The notes beneath the pieces are model-generated. The model saw only the letters and a list, made by a program, of their open reading frames with translations, was not told the DNA's origin and made no database searches. Below, one piece after another: positions 27,559 to 36,553 of a DNA stretch of 64,000 bases. The DNA is taken from sequence record PZ171035.1; one strand, written 5' to 3'. The stretch comes from a phage. The position numbers and the translations under genes were made by a program. Position 1 is the first letter of the stretch; each line of letters begins with the position of its first letter.

Positions 27559-28516
27559 TGTCTCACTGGCTCTGGCTGTATGGCTACTACATGACGAGTA
27601 TGATTACGTAGACAATTCTAAGTACCTGTCTGTTACTACATTGCTTAAGCCAATTAAGCAAATCGTCATGAAACATCGTGTAGATCTTAGTGACCAGTCA
27701 ATTGATGTTATGGATTTTGTCTCCACATCAATGGGCACTGGTTTACATGATTCTATCGAGAAAGCCTGGAAGCTAGGTCATAAGACTGCATTGAAGAAGC
27801 TAGGTTATCCTCAGCGTGTAATTGATGCAGTAGTCATTAACCCAACCAAAGCAGACTTTGATGCTAACCCTGACCTTATCCCAATCTACATTGAACAGCG
27901 TGGAACCAGGGTAGTTAAGGGTTGGACTATCGGTGGTAAGTTCGACATCGTAATAGAAGGTCTGTTACAAGACTTCAAGTCTACCTCAACCTATTCTTGG
28001 GTTGCTGGTTCCCGTGATGATGAACACAAGATGCAAGGTAGCTTGTACCGTTGGATTCACAACGACATCATTACCGAGGATGTAATCCGTATTAACTACA
28101 TCTTCACTGACTTCATGAAGCACATGGCTAATAGCAATCCCAACTATCCTTCTAATCGTATTATGCATAAGGATATTCCACTGCTATCCGTCGAGAAGAC
28201 TGAGCGTTGGGTAGAAGAGAAGATTCACCACATTGAGAAGTACTGGAATGCACCAGAAGAGGAAATTCCTGAATGTACTGACGAGGAGTTGTGGCGAACA
28301 GAACCACAGTTCAAATACTTCTCTGATGCTTCTAAGGTAGATGTACCTGGAGCCAGAAGTACTAAAAACTTTGACGATATGGCATCTGCTCGTATCTTCA
28401 TGGCTGAAAAAGGTGGCAAGGGTGCTATCAAGGTCGTGGAGGGGCAGGTTAAGCGTTGTCTGTACTGCCCTGTCGCATCCATTTGCAAACAAAGAGAGAG
28501 ATATTTTCCATCATGA
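27536..28516 (+). CDS. PD-(D/E)XK-family nuclease (RecB/Cas4-like) with C-terminal Cys cluster
   Basis: 326 aa; D...E-x-K-like core (GGKFDIVIEGLLQDFKST) and C-terminal C...CLYCPVASIC. Confidence 0.45.
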   Translation: MKITNNHDVSLALAVWLLHDEYDYVDNSKYLSVTTLLKPIKQIVMKHRVDLSDQSIDVMDFVSTSMGTGLHDSIEKAWKLGHKTALKKLGYPQRVIDAVVINPTKADFDANPDLIPIYIEQRGTRVVKGWTIGGKFDIVIEGLLQDFKSTSTYSWVAGSRDDEHKMQGSLYRWIHNDIITEDVIRINYIFTDFMKHMANSNPNYPSNRIMHKDIPLLSVEKTERWVEEKIHHIEKYWNAPEEEIPECTDEELWRTEPQFKYFSDASKVDVPGARSTKNFDDMASARIFMAEKGGKGAIKVVEGQVKRCLYCPVASICKQRERYFPS

Positions 28517-30666
28517 GTATTGACCTGACCGGAGTCACTCACCACCCTGCAATTGAAGAAATTGTAGACGTGCTGTGTAACAAGACACAAAACAACGACA
28601 GAGGATTCTTCCGTGTCGAAGTAGCCTACTTCCTGGCTAAAATGGCATCCTGCATGGGTGCAACCATTGTCACTAAAGACCGTGGTGACTTACCAGTCAA
28701 CATTTACGCTATGGCATTAGCAACGTCTGGCTTCGGTAAAGGTCACTCGGTAAATATTATTGAAGATGGGTTCATGACTGGCTTCCGTAAACGTTTTATG
28801 GAAGACACCATGCCCGTCATTGCAAATGACCGTTTATGGAAGATTGCTAACGAACGTGCTGCTCGTCAGGGTACAGACCAGAATGATGAGTTTGATAAAG
28901 TCGAAGCAGAGTATAAACGTGCCGGGGCATATCCGTTTACGTTTGACTCTGGTACTCCACCAGCAGTTAAACAGCTACGTCATAAGCTGTTAATGGCTGG
29001 GTGTGGTTCAATCAACCTTCAGATTGATGAGATTGGTTCAAACCTGTTGGCTAACACAGATGTATTAACTCTGTTCCTGGAGCTGTATGACCAGGGTAAG
29101 GTTAAGCAGAAGCTAACCAAGAACACTGCTGAAAGTGTTCGTGGTGAAGAACTGGATGGTAAGACTCCAGCTAACCTGTTGCTGTTTGGTACACCAAGTA
29201 AGCTACTGGATGGTGGTCAGACCGAAGACCAGTTCTATGACTTCCTCGATACAGGGTATGCACGTCGCTGTCTGTTTGCCATTGGTCACTTGGACAAACG
29301 AGCACATGCAACAATGTCTCCGGAAGAAATCTACCGTAACCTGATTAAGCAGGATAACGTACAGTCTCTGGGTAAGTGGGCTAATCATTTCCATAGTCTG
29401 GCTGACCCAAACCTGTTTGGCTTTAAGATGGTTGTGGAAGATGCAGTGGGTATTGCTTTGATTACTTACAAGATTGATTGTGAGAAACAAGCAGAAGCTA
29501 TGGCTGACCACGAAGAGATTCGTAAGGCTGAAATTTCCCACCGTTATTTCAAAGCACTTAAACTGGCTGGAGCACTGGCATTTGTTGACCAGAGTTCATT
29601 CATTGAGATGTCTCACCTCAAACAAGCAATCCTGCTTGTAGAGGAATCTGGGGCAGCATTCCAGGGTATTCTCAATCGTGAGAAAGCCTATGTGAAGCTG
29701 GCTAAGTATATCGCTTCTGTAGGTAAAGAAGTGACTCATGCTGACTTATTGGAATCATTGCCGTTCTATAAGAGTGGTAATGCAGCTCGTAATGAGATGA
29801 TGACCCTGGCTACAGCATGGGGCTACAAACAGCACATCATCATTAAGAAAACCTTCAACGAAGGCATTGAGTTCTTCCGTGGGGAAACTCTGAAAGAAAC
29901 TGACATCAATGAGATGATAGTGGCATATAGTGATAGCTTTGCTTATGACTACATTGGTGAACGTGTACCGTTCGACCAGTTGCATGTATTAACCCAAGCT
30001 CCCGGTATGCACTGGGTAAACCATCACATGAAGAATGGACATCGTTCTGAAGAGAACGTTATTCCAGGATTTAACATGATTGTTATCGACTGTGATGGTG
30101 GAGTACCACTGCATACGTGCCATGAACTGATGAAGGAATATAAGTTCATGACTTATACCACTAAGCGTCATTCTGATGAACAGAATCGCTTCCGTCTGAT
30201 TATTCCAATGAACTATGAGTTACACCTCGATACTGAGGAATACAAAGAGTTCATGAATAACGTTATGTCCTGGCTACCATTCGAAACGGATGAATCTGCT
30301 AACCAACGAGCCAAGAAGTGGATGTCCTGCGAGACTGGTTCCTATCATTACAATCTTGAAGCAAATCTGTTGGACGTGCGTGACTTTATTCCTCGTACTA
30401 GTAAGAACGAGCAGTTCCAGAACCAGATGAAGGAAGTACAGTCGTTGGATAATCTGGAGCGTTGGTTCGCTAGTCGTATTGCTACCGGTAATCGTAATAA
30501 TCAAATGATTAAGTACGCACTGGCATTGGTTGATAGTGGTTGGGATTTTGCCCAAATACAGCAAGCCGTCCACTCATTCAATAAGAAACTGGCTAACCCA
30601 TTGCCAGATGATGAGTTGAATGCAACCGTAATGGTCACCGTGGCTAAACGCTTCGCTGGCAAGTAA
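28514..30666 (+). CDS. putative DNA primase / replication initiation protein
   Basis: ORF 28456-30666, ATG 28514 overlaps upstream stop; large replication-module protein with acidic metal-binding-like motifs (VIDCDGG); assignment partly positional. Confidence 0.4.
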
Positions 30667-30722
30667 GCAAACAGGAGTCTTTCTTTGGTTTGAAGGACTC
30701 CTAAATTAAATGAGGAAAAATA

Positions 30723-31475
30723 ATGTCCGAAGTAATTCCCAATGATATGAACACTCAGCTGATCCTGATTGCAGGATTCTCAGCGAGTGGTAAATCAGCA
30801 TCACTGCGTAACATCCGGAACCAGGAACGCTGGCTCTATCTGAATACTGAAGCAGGTAAACGTCTGCCTTTCCGTAACAAGTTCAATACCTACAACATTG
30901 AAGACCCATACCAGATTTGGGAAGCATTTGATGTTGCATCTCCTGGTGGAGAAATGGCAGATGATGTTGATGGTATCATCATTGACTCAGCAACCTTTAT
31001 GATGGATATGCTGGAATCCCAGTACGTATTGCCTTCTGCAAATACGCAAAAGGCATGGGGTGACTTTGCACAGTTCTTTAAGATACTGCTGCAACAAAAA
31101 GTCGTTAAGTTTGGTAAGCCAGTAATCATTACTGCACATGCTAAAGACGAACTTGATGAAGCTGCTGGTGTGATGAAAACATTCATCCCAGTGAAAGGCT
31201 CTCTTAAGAATAACGGGCTTGAAGCCTACTTCTCTACAGTTGTTTACGCAGAACGTGTAGACATTAAAGAACTGGAGAAGTATGGGAACAAGATGTTAGA
31301 AATTACGGAGGAAGAACGTGATTTAGGCTATAAACACGTATTCCAGACCCGTCCAACCAAGAAGTCAGTTGGTAAACGACTTCGTTCCCCAATGGGTATG
31401 TTCGATAAGTCCGAGACTTACATTGATAACGATGCCCAGAAACTCTTAGACCATCTGGCTGAATACTACGCTTAA
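30723..31475 (+). CDS. P-loop NTPase (RecA/Sak4-like ATPase)
   Basis: 250 aa; Walker A GFSASGKS and Walker B-like IIIDSATF. Confidence 0.45.
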   Translation: MSEVIPNDMNTQLILIAGFSASGKSASLRNIRNQERWLYLNTEAGKRLPFRNKFNTYNIEDPYQIWEAFDVASPGGEMADDVDGIIIDSATFMMDMLESQYVLPSANTQKAWGDFAQFFKILLQQKVVKFGKPVIITAHAKDELDEAAGVMKTFIPVKGSLKNNGLEAYFSTVVYAERVDIKELEKYGNKMLEITEEERDLGYKHVFQTRPTKKSVGKRLRSPMGMFDKSETYIDNDAQKLLDHLAEYYA

Positions 31476-31514
31476 GCGTTTGCCTGGTTGTTAATCACTT
31501 GTTAGGAAAATCAT

Positions 31515-32318
31515 ATGTCATTGTTCAGTAATCTGAAAGAAAAAACCAAAAACGTTGAAGCTGTTAAAGACTCCCTTGGTGGCGGTGGCTTCGGTGCAAA
31601 AGAGTCCGATATCTACACTGGTACTGTAAAAGTAGCCTATGTAGGTAAAGCTGACTCTGGTGCAGACTGGATGCAGTTAATCATTGAAGACCTGAAGAAT
31701 TCTGATGGAGTACCTGCTGGTGAGTTCCGTGCTCAGGTGTACTTCACTTCTGGTAATGCTAAAGGCAATAAGCCGACTTACGAGAAGAACGGTAAAGAAT
31801 ACTTCCTGCCTGGCTACACTGTCATTAATGACATGATGCTGATGGCTACCGGTACGGAACTGCCTGAAGCTGACTTCGAAGAGAAGATCGTTAAAGTCTA
31901 TGACTTCGATACTAAAGCAGAAGTTAATAAATCTGTCATGGTTCCAGTTGACCTGGTAGGCCAGACTGTTACCTTCGCTCTGGAAAAAGTTCTGGAAAAC
32001 AAGCAGGTTAAAGGTGACAACGGTTACGTTGACTCCGGCGAAACTCGTGAAGTAAACGAGATTCAGAAAGTGTTTCATCCGGAACTGCTGGTCACAGTTG
32101 TCGAGGCTCAGGAAGCAGAGAAGGCTGAGAAAGAACTGACTCCGGAACTAGCTGTATTCTATGCAGCATGGTTGGAAAAGAACAAAGGTAAAACCCGTGA
32201 TAAGACCAAGGGTTCTGCTGGTGGTAATGGTAAAGGTGGCTTGCCTCCTAAACCAGGTGCAGGTGCTGGCACAGGTACTACTCCAGCCGGTGGTAAATCT
32301 CTGTTCGGTAAACGTTAA
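31515..32318 (+). CDS. single-stranded DNA-binding protein (N4 gp45-like; positional/size call)
   Basis: 267 aa (N4 SSB is about 265 aa), glycine-rich flexible acidic/basic C-terminal tail, position after the replication ATPase. Confidence 0.45.
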   Translation: MSLFSNLKEKTKNVEAVKDSLGGGGFGAKESDIYTGTVKVAYVGKADSGADWMQLIIEDLKNSDGVPAGEFRAQVYFTSGNAKGNKPTYEKNGKEYFLPGYTVINDMMLMATGTELPEADFEEKIVKVYDFDTKAEVNKSVMVPVDLVGQTVTFALEKVLENKQVKGDNGYVDSGETREVNEIQKVFHPELLVTVVEAQEAEKAEKELTPELAVFYAAWLEKNKGKTRDKTKGSAGGNGKGGLPPKPGAGAGTGTTPAGGKSLFGKR

Positions 32319-32872
32319 TGAAAATCCCAATTGTTGGTGCAGACATTAGCCTCCGCAATTGGGGATTAGCTCGTGGGATGCTGGACATTGAGTCCGGCGT
32401 CTTCGAGCAGGTCGAACTTAAACTGGTTCAAACTGAAGTTGACCACAACAAACAAGTTCGAACCAACTCCAAAGATATACAAGCTGCCCATGATTTGTTT
32501 CTTGGTTGTGAGGAATGGTTACGGCCTGCTAAAGCAGTATTCGTAGAAGTACCAGTAGGCTCTCAGTCTGCTAATGGTATGAAATCCTATGGAGTATGCG
32601 TAGGATTAATAGGTGCATTTCGTGCATTGGGTTGTCCAATCTTTGAAGTATCCCCAATTGAAAACAAACTTGCACTGGTCGGTGATAAAACTGCATCTAA
32701 AGACACGATGATTCGTGCTGCTCATGCCATCTATCCCGAAGCCAACTGGCTCACGGATAAGAAAGGCAAACTTCTGAATAAGAATGAGCACTTAGCAGAT
32801 GCAATCGGTGCAATCCATGCTGGTGTAAATCTCCCAGCTTTCCAGAACCTCATTAAGTTATTAAAGGCGTAA
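32318..32872 (+). CDS. RuvC-like Holliday junction resolvase
   Basis: 184 aa; N-terminal IVGADIS (catalytic Asp) and C-terminal HLADAIGAIHAG resemble RuvC catalytic motifs. Confidence 0.45.
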   Translation: MKIPIVGADISLRNWGLARGMLDIESGVFEQVELKLVQTEVDHNKQVRTNSKDIQAAHDLFLGCEEWLRPAKAVFVEVPVGSQSANGMKSYGVCVGLIGAFRALGCPIFEVSPIENKLALVGDKTASKDTMIRAAHAIYPEANWLTDKKGKLLNKNEHLADAIGAIHAGVNLPAFQNLIKLLKA

Positions 32873-32873
32873 T

Positions 32874-33326
32874 ATGCAAATCATTTTGAACCAGTCCGAA
32901 GTAGAAGCTGCTGTACAGGCTTATGTTGATGATCAAATCAATCTTGCTGGTGACATTAATATTGTCATCAATGCAGATGGTACTGCCTCCGTTGGTATCA
33001 ACGAAGAGGTGAGTCATGAAGATGACACTCCACCCTTGGTAGAGAAGAAAACTCGTCGTTCCCGTAAAAACCCTCAAGAAGCTAAGCATCGTCCGGTAGA
33101 ACCGGAGCCAGAAGAAGTAGTTGAAGAGGCAAAGGTAGAAGAAACCCAGACCTCTACTGGTGGTCCGAACGGGAATTCTACGCCGGAACCTGAAGAAGCA
33201 GTAGCTGAACCAGAAGCACAAGAAGAAGTTGTGCAGGAAGAGGATATGAAAGAAGACCGTGAGCTTCCTCCGGAAGAACGACCGGTAACGAAGCCTTCAC
33301 TGTTCGCTGGCCTTAAACGTAGTTAA
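32874..33326 (+). CDS. hypothetical highly acidic protein
   Basis: 150 aa, Glu/Pro-rich low-complexity C-terminus (PEPEEVVEE...). Confidence 0.4.
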   Translation: MQIILNQSEVEAAVQAYVDDQINLAGDINIVINADGTASVGINEEVSHEDDTPPLVEKKTRRSRKNPQEAKHRPVEPEPEEVVEEAKVEETQTSTGGPNGNSTPEPEEAVAEPEAQEEVVQEEDMKEDRELPPEERPVTKPSLFAGLKRS

Positions 33327-34095
33327 TCTGGTAGGTGGCTCAGAAGCTGCTGCTATTTGTGGTAGTGTTCGTAATTCTGATGCTATTGCTTATCAGGATT
33401 CTGGACGTGTCGGCTCCATACATAGCATTTATCATCACTGTGCTTATACTTTGGAAACTCAGTGATAAAAACGGTGGTGACAAGCCGCCAGAGTAACAAC
33501 AACAACCGAACCAGTGGACTTTATTACTCCCCGAAGTCCACTGGTTCAATCTAAACTAAGCGGAAAAGTTAGCTTTTTCTTGGGTGTAGAACCTGTTGAA
33601 GGAAACAAAGAATTTCACATTGAATAGTTAATATCGTGAAGGGTTCTGTTAGAATCCTTTGAGATAGGAACTCCTATCATAACTATTCTTAACTTAATCA
33701 TTGCCGTATGGCACTGACGCTAGGGGTGGCCCCCCCATCCGTCAGGTAGACTATTTTAAGAATGGATTATCACAGCAAATGTAAAGCAACATTCGGGTTA
33801 ATCAATGGCCTCTCCCTATAGGGGCCATTTCTGAATCTTAGGCTATATCCCAAAGGTTAGTATCTTTGGGATAAGGCTTCAGATCCCTTATCAACTAACG
33901 CTCGTGTTGAGCATTTTAATCACATAAGCCCCTATATGGGCTGGGTTAAATGTCGGATAGCAAAGCTACCTACAGCATCGAATTGTTAGGTCTTACATGT
34001 AATATAGGGTATAAAGGGAGGACTCGTCCCCTCCCTCCTATTATGACATCCTATCAATGAGTACATTAAGCTAACGTGCGGAGGTTTACACTGTA

Positions 34096-34657
34096 GCCGG
34101 TGTAGGTGGAGAAGACGGCAGGGTAGCTACCTGTGCTTAGTGTACTCTTTGATAGTTTTCGTAAGCGATTATGCGGTTTTTTAGAAACGAACCAATAACA
34201 TAAATGCAAACGATGATGTTGTTCTGATGGCGGCGTAATAGCCTGTAAGTCAGCAAGGTCTTCCGACTCCTTGTAAGCAAATTCGGCGCAGTGGCCCGCT
34301 GTGATTAATAATGGGCACACAACAGGTAAGAGCATTTAGGCTACTGAGAAATCATCCGAGGCAATCAGACCTATCTTCTGTTAAGTGCTCTTTCCGTTGT
34401 GGTGAATGCGCAGGCTGATGCGCAGTGGGACGTGGCTGACTCACGAGGATGGCTCAAGCGAATAAGCAAGCTCGACGCCGCCGAATAAGCGCCTTATGCC
34501 GGAGATCAGCACCGGCCACCACAACAAGTCCAGACGATATCTGAGTGACTATAAAAACAGATGGAGCCAGGTGGAATCCCTGGCAACTAATTCCGGTGTA
34601 GGTACTAGTGTCGTGCACGGCATGAGCATTCTGGTTCGAGTCCAGACGCCGGAACCA
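34096..34657 (+). ncRNA. candidate tmRNA-like RNA (tag-like reading frame at 34206-34241; limits very tentative)
   Basis: GCA AAC GAT GAT GTT GTT CTG ATG GCG GCG TAA TAG = ANDDVVLMAA + two stops, AU-rich upstream, resembles tmRNA resume/tag regions; 3' T-arm-acceptor-ACCA at 34630-34657; no G3-U70 pair found. Confidence 0.3.
34592..34657 (+). tRNA. tRNA-like minihelix element A (acceptor stem + T-arm + A + CCA, truncated body)
   Basis: 5' TCCGGTG pairs with 3' CGCCGGA; T-arm TCTGG-TTCGAGT-CCAGA; encoded ACCA; only 66 nt, no canonical D/anticodon arms. Confidence 0.35.
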
Positions 34658-34659
34658 AT

Positions 34660-34783
34660 TACCAGTTGCACGAGATGGCTTGACATGTTCAAGTTTGGAC
34701 TAAGTGTGACACCGCTAGATTGGAGGGCTGCTGCGGTAAGCTATAGACTCCAACCGGAGGTTCGAATCCTTCACTGGTAACCA
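34660..34783 (+). ncRNA. tRNA-like element B (T-arm + acceptor + ACCA, 124-nt body)
   Basis: 5' TACCAGT pairs with 3' ACTGGTA; T-arm GGAGG-TTCGAAT-CCTTC; encoded ACCA; too long for a canonical tRNA. Confidence 0.3.
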
Positions 34784-35366
34784 ATTCAAAGTAGCACTCG
34801 TTTATACTTCCCGGTATTCAAAGACACATTCTTGTGTGAGTGTTACTCTGAATTGTAAGAATTATGGGGGTAAGTCGTAAATACGACAGCGTAAGTACCA
34901 GATGAAACCTCTGGACGCCCCTACCATATTTGAGATGTAACAGTTAAATCCGTACCCGGAAGTGCTATTCTAGATACGCTGCCAATGTGGAGACGGTAAG
35001 GCTGTACAGGACTCGGACTCCCACCTCAAACCAAAGTCGCCAGATACTTATGGCAAACGGGTAGTAACGAACTAGTCATTCGTCAAACGCCCACCCTATT
35101 ATGAGTCAGCAAGAACGCCTTCACTTAAACTTAAACAAAAAAGCTTAACGCAATAATTATGTAGGGGTATGTAAGGATTGCGAAGAAGGAGCCAGTTAAA
35201 GTCTGGCATGACTCACCTAATTGAGGCTGTACTTATGTTCTACAGTAGGTGCACAACACTGGGCTGCTACACCCAGAGGTACAGCCTCACCCTATTATGG
35301 GTAGCCTATACTAGTTATAGGGCAGATAATCTGTGGCAGTGTAAGGCTGCACTACCCTTTCATTAA

Positions 35367-35442
35367 TACCCGGTAGGCTTAGTGGTAAAGCCCCACTAGT
35401 AAACCAACTAGGACGCAGGTTCGAATCCTGTCCGGGTAGCCA
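35367..35442 (+). tRNA. tRNA-like gene C (76 nt; canonical acceptor, D and T arms; non-canonical anticodon loop)
   Basis: Acceptor TACCCGG/CCGGGTA, D-arm GGCT-TAGTGGTAA-AGCC, T-arm GCAGG-TTCGAAT-CCTGT, G + CCA; anticodon arm folds only as CTAGT/ACTAG with 6-nt loop or CTAG/CTAG with 8-nt loop. Confidence 0.5.
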
Positions 35443-35447
35443 TTTAT

Positions 35448-35532
35448 GCCCACTTAGCTCAGTGGTAGAGCGCAGGAAAGCTTCGAGAGAACAAGGTGTC
35501 TGTGGTCACTGGTTCAAATCCAGTAGTGGGTA
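35448..35532 (+). tRNA. tRNA-like gene D (85 nt; canonical acceptor, D and T arms; anticodon region not foldable by eye)
   Basis: Acceptor GCCCACT/AGTGGGT, D-arm GCTC-AGTGGTA-GAGC, T-arm ACTGG-TTCAAAT-CCAGT; 35-nt segment between D and T arms. Confidence 0.45.
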
Positions 35533-35848
35533 CTTATTTGCTGCAATATTCCCATAGGGAATGGTGTCGTATACGCCACCTAGTTTCTGGTGAAACTCCA
35601 GATGCAGCAATCCATTCAGCAGTAACATAGTCCTGATTGCATTGCACTCTAAAGACAACACTGGTAAGACAGTCCAGTGGCTGCTATTGTATTGATATTC
35701 CCCTCGACGGGAATTTCGCTAGTGAAGGTAACACTTAAAAATCCAAACCCACGTCTTACTGCTATCGGGCTATCAACCCACAGTCGCTTAACACACTAGT
35801 GGTAGTAGTTTGACGACCTAGCCTCGTTAGCTGCGTTAAAGCTACTAA

Positions 35849-35886
35849 GTCCCCTAGAGCCGCCCCTCTAGGGGACTTTTTTATTT
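35849..35886 (+). terminator. strong intrinsic terminator closing the RNA-gene region
   Basis: GTCCCCTAGAG-CCGCCC-CTCTAGGGGAC hairpin followed by TTTTTTATTT. Confidence 0.7.
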
Positions 35887-36053
35887 GAGTATTAATAACC
35901 GGATAATCAATATGATTGACCTAATCTCAACCCCGTATGCCTATGAGGTAACGGACAACCGAGGGCATAAGTACTTGGTATTTGTAGGTAGCGTAGCCTA
36001 TAACAACGCAGTCATGTTTAAGTACAAACTCAAACCACTCTATGAGGCTAATA

Positions 36054-36434
36054 ATGGCAACAGTAAGTAAAGAAGCAATCGAAGCTAAGATTAAGAGCGT
36101 CTACTATTTCAATGGATCGGATGCAGTGAAGTCTGCATTCGTTGACCCATCTGCACTTCCAGCAGATGATTTGGCTAACCTGGGTCTGACAACCCATTGT
36201 GTAATCATTCTGGAAAACAACTTTAAAGTTGAAGGTGTATCTGCTTGCGTAGACCCAACTATCTATGATGAACAGAAGGGTCGTCAATATGCATATGAAA
36301 ATGCATTCAATAAGATTTGGGAATTAGAGGGTTACCTACTACGTCAGGCACTGCACGAGAAAGAAGAGACCGCTAAAGCTCTGGCTTCCTTTGCAGAAAA
36401 CAATACCTGTGATGGTGGTGGTTGTACAATCTGA
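36054..36434 (+). CDS. hypothetical protein
   Basis: ORF 36042-36434; ATG 36054 with GAGG RBS; terminator hairpin downstream. Confidence 0.4.
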   Translation: MATVSKEAIEAKIKSVYYFNGSDAVKSAFVDPSALPADDLANLGLTTHCVIILENNFKVEGVSACVDPTIYDEQKGRQYAYENAFNKIWELEGYLLRQALHEKEETAKALASFAENNTCDGGGCTI

Positions 36435-36516
36435 TCCAAAGGTGTAAGGTAGTTTTTACCGAAAGGTACTGAACTACCCGACAAAGTAGTAAGGCTCTAG
36501 AAGCCGAAACAAAACA

Positions 36517-36545
36517 AGCCCTCCTAGCGAGGGCTTTATCATTTG
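36517..36545 (+). terminator. intrinsic terminator
   Basis: AGCCCTC-CTAGC-GAGGGCT hairpin followed by TTATCATTT. Confidence 0.5.
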
Positions 36546-36553
36546 AGGTAGTT

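Noticed and set aside
34096-34657. Calling a bona fide, complete tmRNA gene
   Set aside because: The tag-like frame is convincing, but I could not identify a G3-U70 alanine identity pair in any candidate acceptor stem, nor the pseudoknots, by eye; kept as a low-confidence candidate.
34066-34780. ORFs 34066-34335 (minus, 89 aa) and 34496-34780 (plus, 94 aa) inside the non-coding island
   Set aside because: No RBS; they overlap the tmRNA-tag-like frame and the tRNA-like T-arm/acceptor elements; Arg/Ser/Cys-rich translations look like chance frames in GC-richer structured RNA.
33330-35900. CRISPR array or retron/DGR-type element in the non-coding region
   Set aside because: No regularly spaced direct repeats with unique spacers, and no reverse transcriptase or cas gene anywhere in the window; the repeats present are short motifs and tRNA-like modules.
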